Source: an uncultured Actinomycetes bacterium
Lineage (GTDB): Bacteria; Actinomycetota; Thermoleophilia; UBA2241
Length of the DNA: 64,000 nt
Assembly: GCA_963725665.1 (NCBI GenBank)
Contig: CAVRZA010000008.1
Location: 128,001-192,000, forward strand
Direction: 5' to 3'
This document shows, in pieces, positions 1 through 9,341 of this stretch. How positions within the stretch are numbered: the first letter of the stretch is position 1; each line of letters opens with the position of its first letter. The position numbers were made by a program, and so were the translations under genes. Below the pieces are notes generated by a model. The model was not told the origin of the DNA. It worked only from the letters and a program-made list of their open reading frames with translations, and did no database searches.

Positions 1-4
1 GCTC

Positions 5-937
5 GTGCGACTGTGGCAGCGCGAGCTCGGCGACGGCATCGCCCTTGCGCTGCTCGAGGCCGACAACGAGCCGGCGCCGCGCTGCCTGCGCGTCAACGCG
101 CGGCTTGGTACACCCGCTGAGGCCGTCGCGGCACTGGCGGCCGACGGCGTCACGGCGTCGCCGGTCGACGGCTTCCCACGGGCACTCGAGATCTCGGGCC
201 CGCCCATCGAGTGGTCGGCCGCCTTTCGCGACGGTCTCGTGACACCGCAGTCTCTGGGCTCGCAGCTCGCCGCACAGGTCGTGCTCGACGGGCTGGACGT
301 GGGTGCCGGGGGCGGCGCGGGGGGCGGCGAGATCGCCGATCTTTGCGCCGCCCCCGGCACCAAGACCTCGCAGCTTGGCGACGCGTGGCCGGCGGCGCGC
401 GTCGTCGCCGTTGAGGCCGACGAGACACGCGCCGCCGGCCTGCGCGCGAATCTCGCCCGCCAGCGCCTGGCAGAGGTGCAGGTCGTGGTCGCCGACGTGC
501 TGGCGCTCAGTCCGGAGTACGACGGCCGCTTTGGGGCCGTGTTGCTCGATCCGCCCTGCAGCGGCCTCGGTACGCTGGCTTCGCGTCCCGACCTGCGCTG
601 GCGGCACCGGCCGGCCGACATCGAACGGCTCGCGGAGCTGCAGAGCCGCCTGCTGGAGCGCGCCGCCGGGCTCGTCGAGCCCGGCGGCGCGCTCACCTAC
701 TCGGTCTGCACACTCACCGACGCCGAGACGCTCAGAGCCGTCGACCGCTTCCTCGCACGCGGCGGCTGGTCGCTCGATGACCTTTCGGCCACCCACCCGC
801 GCTTCGCCCATCCACGGCGCGGCGGGTTCCTCTTGACTCTACCGTCACGCGACCGGACGAGTGGCTTCTTCATCGCCAGGCTCCGACGCGACACCGTGGC
901 GGGCAAGGAACTGGGTAGCCGGAGGGAGAATACCTAG
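5..937 (+). CDS. rsmB: 16S rRNA m5C967 methyltransferase RsmB/Sun (5' part outside window)
   Basis: DLCAAPGTKT SAM-binding motif, LLDPPCSGLG and YSVCT catalytic Cys motifs; upstream of rpe. Confidence 0.92.
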   Translation: MRLWQRELGDGIALALLEADNEPAPRCLRVNARLGTPAEAVAALAADGVTASPVDGFPRALEISGPPIEWSAAFRDGLVTPQSLGSQLAAQVVLDGLDVGAGGGAGGGEIADLCAAPGTKTSQLGDAWPAARVVAVEADETRAAGLRANLARQRLAEVQVVVADVLALSPEYDGRFGAVLLDPPCSGLGTLASRPDLRWRHRPADIERLAELQSRLLERAAGLVEPGGALTYSVCTLTDAETLRAVDRFLARGGWSLDDLSATHPRFAHPRRGGFLLTLPSRDRTSGFFIARLRRDTVAGKELGSRRENT

Positions 938-940
938 GTC

Positions 941-1654
941 GTGGAGACGGCACCCGACAGCCGCGCGGCACAGACGAAGGAGAGGCTGCGTCACCGCCTG
1001 ATAGCGCCCTCGATCCTCTCCTCCGACTTCGGACGTCTCGCCGAATCCATCGATAGCGTGATGGAGGCCGGCGCGACCCTGATCCACGTCGACGTCATGG
1101 ACGGGCACTTCGTGCCCAACATCACCATCGGGCCGCCCGTCGTCGCCGCCGTCGCGCCGCTCATCCACGGACGTGGCGGCACCGTCGATTGCCACCTGAT
1201 GATCGAGTCTCCAGAGCGATACGTGGAGCGGTTCGCCGAGGCGGGGGCCGACATCATCGCAGTTCATCAGGAAGCCTGCGTGCACCTCCATCGCGTTGTG
1301 GCCCAGATCCACGACGCCGGCGCCCTCGCCGGCGTGGCGCTCAACCCGGCCACTCCGGTCGCCTCTCTCGATGAGATCCGCCACTACTGCGACATGGTGC
1401 TCATCATGTCGGTGAACCCGGGCTTCGGGGGGCAGAGCTTCATCCCGACCTCATTGGCGAAGCTTGCGCGAGCCCGCCAGAGCCTGCCTGCCGATGTGGC
1501 TGTGCAGGTCGACGGCGGCGTCGCCGAAGGCAACGTGGCGACGCTGGTCGAAGCGGGGGCGAACCTACTCGTGGCCGGCAACAGCGTCTTCGGCAAGCCT
1601 GATCCCGGCCAAGCCTACAAGCACCTGGCCGCGCTGGCCGCGAGTGAGGTCTAG
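941..1654 (+). CDS. rpe: Ribulose-phosphate 3-epimerase
   Basis: IAPSILS, HVDVMDGHFVPNIT, MSVNPGFGGQ and VDGG motifs. Confidence 0.97.
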   Translation: METAPDSRAAQTKERLRHRLIAPSILSSDFGRLAESIDSVMEAGATLIHVDVMDGHFVPNITIGPPVVAAVAPLIHGRGGTVDCHLMIESPERYVERFAEAGADIIAVHQEACVHLHRVVAQIHDAGALAGVALNPATPVASLDEIRHYCDMVLIMSVNPGFGGQSFIPTSLAKLARARQSLPADVAVQVDGGVAEGNVATLVEAGANLLVAGNSVFGKPDPGQAYKHLAALAASEV

Positions 1655-1666
1655 CGGCGCATCCCC

Positions 1667-2080
1667 GTGACCGCGGCAATCATTGTAGCGTGCGCCGATG
1701 GCCGTCTCAGGGAGTACCTCCTGGCGCTCGAGACGAGGCTCGATATCGACGGTGCCGACCGGCTGCTCGTACCCGGCGGGCCACTTGCCTTCCTGCGTCA
1801 ACACGAACGCACGACCATGCTGGGCTGGCTCGATATGCTGGTGCGCGTTCGCGGCACCGAACTGCTCTGCCTGGTGTCGCACGAGGACTGCCTCGCCTAT
1901 GCGGACAGGCTCGCCGACACGGGCCTTACCGAGAGACGGGCGCTCGAACGCGATCTGGCTCAGGCCGGACAGGTAGTGGCTTCACGGTTCGCGTCCTTGC
2001 GCATCGAAGGCTTCATCGTCCCACGCGATCCCGCTCTGCGTCCCGGGCGCCTCTCTGCGCCGGAACGCATCGCCTTGTGA
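1667..2080 (+). CDS. Small beta-carbonic-anhydrase-like protein
   Basis: CADGR (CxDxR) and HEDC (HxxC) Zn-ligand motifs plus PGG; 137 aa. Confidence 0.6.
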   Translation: MTAAIIVACADGRLREYLLALETRLDIDGADRLLVPGGPLAFLRQHERTTMLGWLDMLVRVRGTELLCLVSHEDCLAYADRLADTGLTERRALERDLAQAGQVVASRFASLRIEGFIVPRDPALRPGRLSAPERIAL

Positions 2081-2104
2081 GCGTCGGTCGCCGCGGCGTA
2101 TACT
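2075..2104 (+). promoter_or_regulatory. sigma70-type promoter of the rib operon
   Basis: TTGTGA (2075-2080), 18 nt, TATACT (2099-2104), just upstream of the FMN aptamer. Confidence 0.6.
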
Positions 2105-2125
2105 GAGCTCGAGAAAAGCGGCAAG

Positions 2126-2243
2126 CGTCTTCAGGGCGGGGTGGAAGTCCCCACCGGCGGTGAGAGCCCGCGACCCGTTCGAGAGAGCGGTGGACCAGGT
2201 GGAACTCCTGGGCCGACGGTGAGAGTCCGGATGGGAGAAGACG
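2126..2243 (+). ncRNA. FMN riboswitch (RFN element)
   Basis: AGGGCGGGGTGGAAGTCCCCACCGGCGGT...AGCCCGCGA...GCCGACGGTGAGAGTCCGGATGGGAGAAG consensus, closing CGTCTTC/GAAGACG stem, upstream of ribD. Confidence 0.96.
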
Positions 2244-2271
2244 GCTGGCCGAGCCACGAGGCTCGGCCAGC

Positions 2272-2307
2272 GACCCTGGAGCGCGGTGTGCGCTTCGGGG
2301 TCTTTTT
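2272..2307 (+). terminator. Riboswitch expression-platform terminator
   Basis: GACCCTGGAGCGC/GCGCTTCGGGGTC hairpin followed by TTTTT, abutting the ribD GTG. Confidence 0.7.
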
Positions 2308-3435
2308 GTGACTGAAGTCAGCGACAGCGACAGACGGCATCTGGAGCGAGCCCTCGAGCTCGCCGAGCTGGGTCGTGGGCGGACGCATCCGAACCCCCTC
2401 GTGGGAGCGGTCTTGGTGTCCGGCGCAGACGTGGTCGGCGAGGGATTCCACGAGAGGCTCGGCGGCGACCACGCCGAGGTCGTCGCCTTGCATGCAGCGG
2501 GGGAGCGCGCCCGTGGAGCCACCCTGTACTGCACGCTGGAGCCGTGCTGTCACCAGGGGCGCACGGGACCGTGCACGGAGGCGATCATCGCCGCCGGAGT
2601 CGCGCGGGTGGTCGTCGGGCTGCAGGACCCCAATCCGCTGGTCAACGGAGGCGGAATCGGGCGGCTGCGCGCAGCGGGCCTCGAGGTGGATCTCGTCGAC
2701 GGCGACGTGCGCCGCCGCGCCGAGCAGCAGAACGAGGCGTTCCTACACTTCGTGGACACCGGTCTGCCGCTGCTCACCTACAAAGCTGCCGTCTCCCTCG
2801 ACGGCAAGGTGGCCGCCGCCGACGGCGGTGCGCGCTGGATCTCGTCGGCCGAGAGTCGCCGGCTCGTGCACGAGCTGCGAGCGCGCGCCGACGCGGTCCT
2901 CGTCGGGGCCGGCACGGTGCGCCGCGATGACCCCTCGCTGACGGTGCGCGACGCCGAGGGCAGGGACCCTGTGCGCGTCGTTCTGGCGCGGCACGGGGAT
3001 GTGCCCCTCGATGCGACGCTCGTCAGGACGGCGCGCCAGACACCGACACTGGTCGTCGCCGAGACGATCGACGACGACCGCGAGGCCGCGCTGCGCGAGC
3101 GCGGCATCGAGGTCGTCGTGACCGGCGCAGCCGGTCTGCGCGCCGCGCTGGCCGCGCTCGCGCAGCGCGGCCTCCTCGATGTGCTCTGCGAGGGTGGGCC
3201 TACGATGGCCGCGGCCCTTCTCCGCGAGGGGCTGGTGGAGCACTTGCTGCTCTTCGTCGCGCCGCTGCTCGTCGGTCACGGCGCGCCCGAGCTGCTCGCG
3301 CTGCCGGCCGCGGCCACGATGGAGATGGTCCTCCGACTCGACGAAGTGTCGTGGGAGCAAGTCGGCGGTGACATCCTCGTACGCGCTCGCGTGCCGCATC
3401 GTGCGGGCGAAGCGATGTTGGGGGGAGGCCGCTGA
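2308..3435 (+). CDS. ribD: Bifunctional pyrimidine deaminase/reductase RibD
   Basis: PNPLVGAV, HAE, TLEPCCH..RTGPC, SLDGK and EGGP motifs. Confidence 0.97.
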   Translation: MTEVSDSDRRHLERALELAELGRGRTHPNPLVGAVLVSGADVVGEGFHERLGGDHAEVVALHAAGERARGATLYCTLEPCCHQGRTGPCTEAIIAAGVARVVVGLQDPNPLVNGGGIGRLRAAGLEVDLVDGDVRRRAEQQNEAFLHFVDTGLPLLTYKAAVSLDGKVAAADGGARWISSAESRRLVHELRARADAVLVGAGTVRRDDPSLTVRDAEGRDPVRVVLARHGDVPLDATLVRTARQTPTLVVAETIDDDREAALRERGIEVVVTGAAGLRAALAALAQRGLLDVLCEGGPTMAAALLREGLVEHLLLFVAPLLVGHGAPELLALPAAATMEMVLRLDEVSWEQVGGDILVRARVPHRAGEAMLGGGR

Positions 3436-4076
3436 TGTTCACAGGCATCGTCGAAGAGGTTGGCACCGTCGTCGAGACGCGCGTGGGCGAGCAGAGCGCG
3501 CTGCTGACGGTGCGCGCTGTGACCGTGCTCGAAGGCGCCTCCGTCGGGGATTCGATCCTCAGTGACGGGGTCTGCCTGACGGTCGCCGCCCTCGGCGGCG
3601 ACCGCTTCACGGCCGACGTCATGCCCGAGACCTTCAAGCGCACCACACTGGCCGAAAAGGCGATCGGTGCGCCAGTGAACCTCGAACGTGCGCTCACCCT
3701 GCGCTCGCGCCTCGGCGGGCATCTCGTCACGGGGCACATCGACGGCGTCGGCGTCGTCACGCGCGTCGAGAAGCGTGACAACGCTCTGGTCGTGCGTCTT
3801 GCCGCTCCGCGCGCGGTGGCGACGCTCTGCGTCGACCAGGGGTCGCTCGCCGTCGACGGCGTGAGCCTCACCGTCGTCTCGGCCGGCGAGGGCGAGCTCG
3901 AGGTGTCGCTGATCCCGCACACGGCAGCGCTCACCACCCTGGGCGCGCTGCGCCCGGGCTCGCGGGTGAATCTCGAGGCCGACCTGATCGCAAAGTACGT
4001 GGCGGCGTTCCTCGGCCGTGCCAAGCCGGGCGAGGGACTGACCTGGGAGAAGCTGGCGGAAGCGGGGTTCGTATGA
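3435..4076 (+). CDS. ribE: Riboflavin synthase (alpha chain)
   Basis: MFTGIVEE N-terminus, [20 protein letters not shown]. Confidence 0.97.
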   Translation: MFTGIVEEVGTVVETRVGEQSALLTVRAVTVLEGASVGDSILSDGVCLTVAALGGDRFTADVMPETFKRTTLAEKAIGAPVNLERALTLRSRLGGHLVTGHIDGVGVVTRVEKRDNALVVRLAAPRAVATLCVDQGSLAVDGVSLTVVSAGEGELEVSLIPHTAALTTLGALRPGSRVNLEADLIAKYVAAFLGRAKPGEGLTWEKLAEAGFV

Positions 4077-5483
4077 GTGGCGACGGAGACAAGCAGGCGC
4101 GTGCGGGCCGGGCCGGCGGCGCCGAACGTACCCTCAGCGAAGCTGGCGGTGCCGACCGCCGACCCGCGCGCGCCCTCGACATCGTGTGCGACACTGAGCA
4201 CTCCGGCGATCCGCGTGGGGTGATGGCGGTCGAGGCCTGCGCCAAGGAGCCGCCGTTCGCGACCATCGAGGAGGCGCTCGCGGAGATCCGCGCCGGCAGG
4301 CTGGTGGTCGTCTGCGACGACGAGGACCGCGAGAACGAGGGCGACCTCACGATGGCGGCCGAGTCCGCGACCAAGGAGACCATCAATTTCATGGCGAAGC
4401 ACGGCCGCGGCCTCGTGTGTCTCTGCCTCACACCGGAGCGCTGCGACGAGCTGCTCCTGCCGCCGATGGTGAGCCAGAACCGGGCTCGCCTGCAGACGGC
4501 GTTCACCGTGTCGATCGAGGCGCGCGAGGGCGTGACGACGGGCATCTCCGCCGCCGACCGCGCACGCACCATCCAGGTCGCCATCGACCCGGAAAGAGGG
4601 CCCGAAGACCTCGTCCAGCCCGGTCACGTCTTCCCGCTGCGCGCCAAGCCCGGCGGCGTGCTCGAGCGCACCGGCCAGACCGAGGCCGGCGTTGACTTGG
4701 CCCGTCTTGCCGGCCTCACACCGGCGGCCGTTATCTGCGAGATCATGAACGACGACGGCACCATGGCGCGTGTGCCTGACCTGATCCCCTACTGTCTCGA
4801 ACACGGCCTCAAGCTCATCACGGTCGCCGACCTCATCGAGTACCGGCGACGCACCGAGAAGCTGATCGAGCGCGTGGCCGAAGCGACGCTACCCACCAAG
4901 TACGGGACCTTCCGCGGCGATCGGCTACGAATCGACGATCGATGGCGCCCATCACCTGGCGCTTGTGAAGGGCGACGTCGCCGGCAAGCAGGAGGTGCTC
5001 GTGCGCGTGCATTCCGAGTGCCTGACGGGAGACGCCCTCGGTTCCCTACGCTGCGACTGCGGCGACCAGCTCGCGGCGGCGATGCGGCGCGTCGAGGCCG
5101 AGGGGCTCGGCGTGGTCCTCTACATGCACCAGGAGGGGCGCGGCATCGGCCTTCTCAACAAGCTCAAGGCCTACGCCCTGCAGGAGCAAGGACGCGACAC
5201 GGTCGAGGCCAATCTCGAGCTCGGCTTTCCGGCAGACCTGCGCGACTACGGCATCGGGGCGCAGATCCTCGTCGATCTGGGCCTGACCACGATTCGCACG
5301 ATGACCAACAATCCGCGCAAGATCATCGGTCTCGAGGGCTACGGCCTGCGCGTGACCGAGCGCGTGGCCATCGAGATCGCCCCCAAAAAGGAGAACCGGC
5401 GCTACTTGCGCGCCAAGCGGGAGAAGCTGGGGCATCTGCTGGCCCAGGACGGGCTGGTGGTCGAAGAGGGCGAGGAAGGGTAG
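4073..5483 (+). CDS. ribBA: Bifunctional DHBP synthase/GTP cyclohydrolase II, +1 frameshift near 4916 (probable assembly error)
   Basis: [10 protein letters not shown] and FTVSIEA (RibB) in one frame; [13 protein letters not shown] and QEGRGIGL (RibA) in the next; removing G4916 gives a continuous TFRAIGYES. Confidence 0.92.
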
Positions 5484-5554
5484 GGGGACGAGGCGAGGAG
5501 CAGTACCGGCGGCGCTCACGAGCGTGCCGGTGAGAACGAAAGGAGCAGCACGAG

Positions 5555-6034
5555 ATGACGACCTTCGAAGGCAAGCTCAGCGGCAAAGGACTCAAGTTCG
5601 GCATCGTGGTGGGGCGCTTCAACGAGTTCATCTCGACGCGGCTCCTCGACGGCGCCCTCGACAACCTCAAGCGGCACGACGTCGACGAAGACGACATAGA
5701 GGTGGCCTGGGTGCCGGGTGCCTTCGAGCTGCCGCTGGTCGCCCAGCGGATGGCCGCCAGCCGGCGCTACCATGCCCTGATCTGTCTCGGCGCCGTGATC
5801 CGCGGCGGGACACCGCACTTCGACTACGTCGCCGCCGAGACGGCCAAGGGCATCGCCAAAGTGAGCCTCGACAGCGGCGTGCCGGTGGTCTTCGGCGTGC
5901 TTACGACGGACACAATCGAGCAGGCCGTCGAGCGCGCCGGCACGAAGGCCGGCAACAAGGGCTGGGAGGCCGCCATGAGCGCCATCGAGATGGCCAACCT
6001 GCTGCAGACGCTGCCGGCTCCTCCCGACGCGTGA
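5555..6034 (+). CDS. ribH: 6,7-dimethyl-8-ribityllumazine synthase
   Basis: [32 protein letters not shown] motifs. Confidence 0.97.
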   Translation: MTTFEGKLSGKGLKFGIVVGRFNEFISTRLLDGALDNLKRHDVDEDDIEVAWVPGAFELPLVAQRMAASRRYHALICLGAVIRGGTPHFDYVAAETAKGIAKVSLDSGVPVVFGVLTTDTIEQAVERAGTKAGNKGWEAAMSAIEMANLLQTLPAPPDA

Positions 6035-6513
6035 TGGAGGTCGGCCGGGTCAGGGGGCTGCCCAAGCGACCCTCCCTGGCGACCGCGCTCGTCGTCATCT
6101 TGATCTTCCTGGGCGTTAGCGGCCTCGCCGGCGGGATCGCCTTCATCGCCGCACCCGACGGGAGCATCATCCACGCTCCCAAGAGCTGGCTCGAGGACAT
6201 ACCGTTCTCGAGTTTCCTCATCCCCGGACTGCTTCTCTTCTTCGTTGTCGGCGTATTGCCGCTGCTCGTGTCGGTGGTCCTCCTCCGGCGTCCGGCCTGG
6301 CCAGGCTTGCAGCGTATCGCACCCTTCAAGGGCCAATACTGGGGCTGGACGGCGAGCGGCCTGGCCGGGTTCGGCATCATCATCTTCGAGATCGTCGAGT
6401 CGGCGTTCATCGGCCTGAGCTGGCCGCAGATGCTCTACGGCGGGATCGGTGCAGCCATCGTCCTGCTGGCGCTGGGCAAGCCCGTGCGCGAGTACTACAG
6501 GGTGCGGCGCTAG
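6034..6513 (+). CDS. Hypothetical membrane protein (about 4 TM)
   Basis: ATG overlaps ribH stop (TGATG); four hydrophobic segments; PFSSFLIPGLLLF motif. Confidence 0.7.
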   Translation: MEVGRVRGLPKRPSLATALVVILIFLGVSGLAGGIAFIAAPDGSIIHAPKSWLEDIPFSSFLIPGLLLFFVVGVLPLLVSVVLLRRPAWPGLQRIAPFKGQYWGWTASGLAGFGIIIFEIVESAFIGLSWPQMLYGGIGAAIVLLALGKPVREYYRVRR

Positions 6514-6559
6514 GCAAAAGGGCCCGCGTGCGGTGCACCGCTCGCGGACGGCGGGAACG

Positions 6560-6611
6560 GCGAGGCGGGGGCGGCGACGGCTCCTTGGAGCCGTCGCCGC
6601 CCCCGCCTCGC
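6560..6611. terminator. Perfect 25-bp inverted repeat between convergent genes (bidirectional terminator-like)
   Basis: GCGAGGCGGGGGCGGCGACGGCTCC-TT-GGAGCCGTCGCCGCCCCCGCCTCGC. Confidence 0.75.
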
Positions 6612-6619
6612 TCGAGACG

Positions 6620-6811
6620 CTAGACGGCTTTGCGGACCTTACCGGCGCGCAGACAGCGGGCGCAGACGTAGGCCGACTGCGGCCTGCCGTCGAGGATGAT
6701 GCGCACGCGCTGCAGGTTGGGGTCGAAGCGGCGCTTGGTAGCCACGTTGGAATGGCTGCGGTTGTTGCCCATCGCGGGCGCCTTGCCGCAGCTCACGCAG
6801 ACTCGGGACAT
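6620..6811 (-). CDS. rpmB: 50S ribosomal protein L28 (Cys-containing form)
   Basis: [34 protein letters not shown], 63 aa. Confidence 0.97.
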   Translation of the reverse strand: MSRVCVSCGKAPAMGNNRSHSNVATKRRFDPNLQRVRIILDGRPQSAYVCARCLRAGKVRKAV

Positions 6812-6880
6812 GCTCTTCCTCGGCTTGCTTGGATAACGGCCCGTAAGTATGCTACACGCTGCCGCGAGACGCAAATATGG

Positions 6881-7030
6881 CCGCTAGCGGGCATAAACTG
6901 CGTCCTCACTAGCGGGCACAAACTACGTTACCGCTAGCGGGCACAGACTACGTTACCGCTAGCGGGCATAAACTACGGTACCGCCAGCGGGCATAAACTA
7001 CGTTAGCGCTAGTGGGCACAAACGGTGTGA
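6881..7030. repeat. Tandem array, 6 x 25 bp, consensus CCGCTAGCGGGCAYAAACTACGTTA
   Basis: Units start at 6881, 6906, 6931, 6956, 6981, 7006; CCGCTAGCGG palindrome exact in 3 units and degenerate in the others; no unique spacers. Confidence 0.95.
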
Positions 7031-7073
7031 CGGCGTGTCTGTGAGTGGACTCTGGGGGGGTGCAGGTGCATTC

Positions 7074-7280
7074 ATGGTGACCTTTGCGAAAGACATGTCT
7101 ATCCTCGAGGCCCTCGAAGCGCACCCCCGATCGCGCCGGGTCTTTGAGTACCACGGCATGGCCTGCTGTCTCTGCATCGGCGCCAACCTCGAGACCATCG
7201 AGGCAGGGGCCATCATGCATGATGTCGATCCCGACCTCATCGTCGACGAGCTGAACCGCCTCGGCGACGCGGAGAGCTGA
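7074..7280 (+). CDS. DUF1858-like small Cys-rich protein
   Basis: KDMSILEALEAHP..VF..HGMACCLC..ETIE..A..H.VD.D.IVDELN pattern, 68 aa. Confidence 0.75.
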   Translation: MVTFAKDMSILEALEAHPRSRRVFEYHGMACCLCIGANLETIEAGAIMHDVDPDLIVDELNRLGDAES

Positions 7281-7305
7281 ACGGGAGCCGGGGCGGCAGT
7301 CGCTC

Positions 7306-7671
7306 ATGGCCGAATCCGAGATAAAGCTGGCCGGCTCGCGCGCTGACGTGGGCGGCGACATCGCGGTCGCCGACCTGGTTATCGCCAAGCTCGCCGGTCG
7401 AGCGGCACAGCTCACTTACGGCGTCCTGGGCATGCGCGAGTCGCCTCTTGCCGGTATCGCGCGCCTGTTCAAGGGACCCTTCACCAAGGGCGTCGCTGTC
7501 GATCTTCACGAAGGTTGCGCCGATGTCACGTTGCACGTGGTGATGGAACGCGGTATCAACCTGGCCCAAGTGACCGAGAACTTGCGCGAGCAGGTGCGTT
7601 TCGAGGTCGAGAGTCAGAGCGGCGTCAAGCTGGGGCAGGTCAACGTGCGCGTCGAGGACGTGCGCGAGTGA
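7306..7671 (+). CDS. Asp23/Gls24 family envelope stress protein (YloU-like)
   Basis: VIAKLAG..A..YGV.GM, KGV.V and VNVRVEDV; directly upstream of the DAK2 gene. Confidence 0.85.
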   Translation: MAESEIKLAGSRADVGGDIAVADLVIAKLAGRAAQLTYGVLGMRESPLAGIARLFKGPFTKGVAVDLHEGCADVTLHVVMERGINLAQVTENLREQVRFEVESQSGVKLGQVNVRVEDVRE

Positions 7672-9302
7672 CGGCGCGCGAACAGGCCATCCTGCTCGTG
7701 CGCGGGGCCCTCGACGCTATCGAAGCCGAGCGTCAGTTCGTCAACGATCTGAACGTCTATCCGGTGCCCGACGGTGACACCGGGACGAACCTGGCCCTCA
7801 CCGTGCGCGCCGTGCTCGAGGAGCTCGAGCGCGCCCACGGCGACGGCATCCACGACGTCGCCCTGGCGGTGACGAAAGGCTCGCTCATGGGCGCTCGGGG
7901 CAACTCGGGCGTGATCCTCTCGCAGATCGTGCGCGGCGTGTGCGAGGTCTTCTCGTCGTCGGGTCGTCTCGACACCGCTTACGCCAAGCGGGCCCTTCAA
8001 GAGGGCACGGTCGCCGCCTACCGCGCCGTGCGCCAACCCGTCGAGGGGACCATGCTCACCGTCGTACGCGAGATGGCCACGGCCGGCCAGGACCTGCCCG
8101 ACGGTGCGCCACTGGCGGCACTCGTCGCACAGGTGGCCGAGGCCGGTCGCCTGGCCGTCGAGCGCACACCGCAGCAGCTCGCCGTGTTGCGCAAGGCGGG
8201 CGTGGTCGATGCGGGAGGCTACGGTCTTCTGGTGCTCTTCCGCGGGCTGCTCGCCGGAGCCACCGGGGAGCCGGCGGGAGAGGCCGGCGAGATCGCCGCG
8301 CGGGCCGCCGCGGGCATCGCCGTGGTCGACACGCGCGACGTGCGCGTCGAAGAGCCCAGCGAGCTCTCGCGCTACCGCTACTGCACGAGCTTCGTCATCA
8401 CGGGCGATGGCCTCGGGCACGACGACGTCGAGGAGTTCGTGGCCGCTCGCGGCGACAGCGCGCTCGTCGTCGGCGACCCTTCGACGCTCAAGATCCATGT
8501 GCACACCGACGACCCCGGCGAGCTCTTGAGCTACGCGGCCAAGCTGGGTGCGATCGGAGGCGTCGAGATCAACGATATGCACGCGCAGACCTTCGCCCGC
8601 GACGAACGTCTCGGCGGCGGCGCGCACGACGAGGAGGAGGCGCCGGCGACTTCCGTTGCCGCCGTCGTCGCCGGCGCCGGCAACCAGGAGCTCTTCCGCT
8701 CGCTCGGCTGCACGGCCGTGGTCGACGGTGGGCAGTCGATGAACCCCAGCGCGGCGCAGCTCGTCGAGGCCGTCTCCGGGCTGCGCGCTCGCGAGGTTGT
8801 CGTGCTGCCGAACAACTCGAACGTGGTGCTCACGGCCGAGCAGGCGGCGACCATGGCGGGAGACCGGCCGGTCTTCGTCGTGCCGGCGAAGTCGATCCCG
8901 GCCGGTCTGGCGGCCATGGTCGCCTTCGACCCCGAGCGTAGCGGCGCCGAGAACGACGCCGCCATGCGCGAGGCCATCGAGCGCGTGCACAGCGCCGAGG
9001 TCACGCACGCCGTGCGCGACTCCGAGGTCGACGGCCTGCACGTGCGCAAAGGCCAGGTCATCGGCCTCGTCGACGACGGCCTCGTGGCCGCCGGCGACGA
9101 CCTTGTGGAGGTCTTTCGCGAGGTCATGCGCCGGCTCGTCAAGACGGATGTCGAGTTGGTCACGGTGTTGACGTCCCTGAACGGCTGGCGTGTGACGCAC
9201 GAGGAGTTGAGCGCCGCTGTCGCCGAGGTCTGCCCCGCCTGCGAGGTGAGCCTGCACGACGGCGGCCAGCCGCTGTATCCTCTCCTCGTGAGCGCCGAAT
9301 GA
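7668..9302 (+). CDS. fakA: DAK2-domain fatty acid kinase subunit A (YloV/FakA)
   Basis: NDLNVYPVPDGDTGTN, GARGNSGVILSQ, PVEGTMLTV, KIHVHT, GGQSMNPS, GGQPLY. Confidence 0.92.
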   Translation: MTAREQAILLVRGALDAIEAERQFVNDLNVYPVPDGDTGTNLALTVRAVLEELERAHGDGIHDVALAVTKGSLMGARGNSGVILSQIVRGVCEVFSSSGRLDTAYAKRALQEGTVAAYRAVRQPVEGTMLTVVREMATAGQDLPDGAPLAALVAQVAEAGRLAVERTPQQLAVLRKAGVVDAGGYGLLVLFRGLLAGATGEPAGEAGEIAARAAAGIAVVDTRDVRVEEPSELSRYRYCTSFVITGDGLGHDDVEEFVAARGDSALVVGDPSTLKIHVHTDDPGELLSYAAKLGAIGGVEINDMHAQTFARDERLGGGAHDEEEAPATSVAAVVAGAGNQELFRSLGCTAVVDGGQSMNPSAAQLVEAVSGLRAREVVVLPNNSNVVLTAEQAATMAGDRPVFVVPAKSIPAGLAAMVAFDPERSGAENDAAMREAIERVHSAEVTHAVRDSEVDGLHVRKGQVIGLVDDGLVAAGDDLVEVFREVMRRLVKTDVELVTVLTSLNGWRVTHEELSAAVAEVCPACEVSLHDGGQPLYPLLVSAE

Positions 9303-9341
9303 TCGGCCTCGATGAGGGCGCCGGCCATCGGCGGAGGTGAC

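Noticed and set aside
935-1669. Genome-wide amber recoding suggested by in-frame TAG junctions (rsmB-rpe, rpe-CA-like)
   Set aside because: The downstream genes have canonical starts, many genes end in TAG at their expected lengths, and no internal TAG was seen in conserved genes
4917-5533. Arg-rich C-terminal half of the 486-aa ORF as a novel domain
   Set aside because: It is the out-of-frame reading of ribA after the frameshift
6881-7030. CRISPR array
   Set aside because: Units are contiguous with no unique spacers, and no cas genes are in the window
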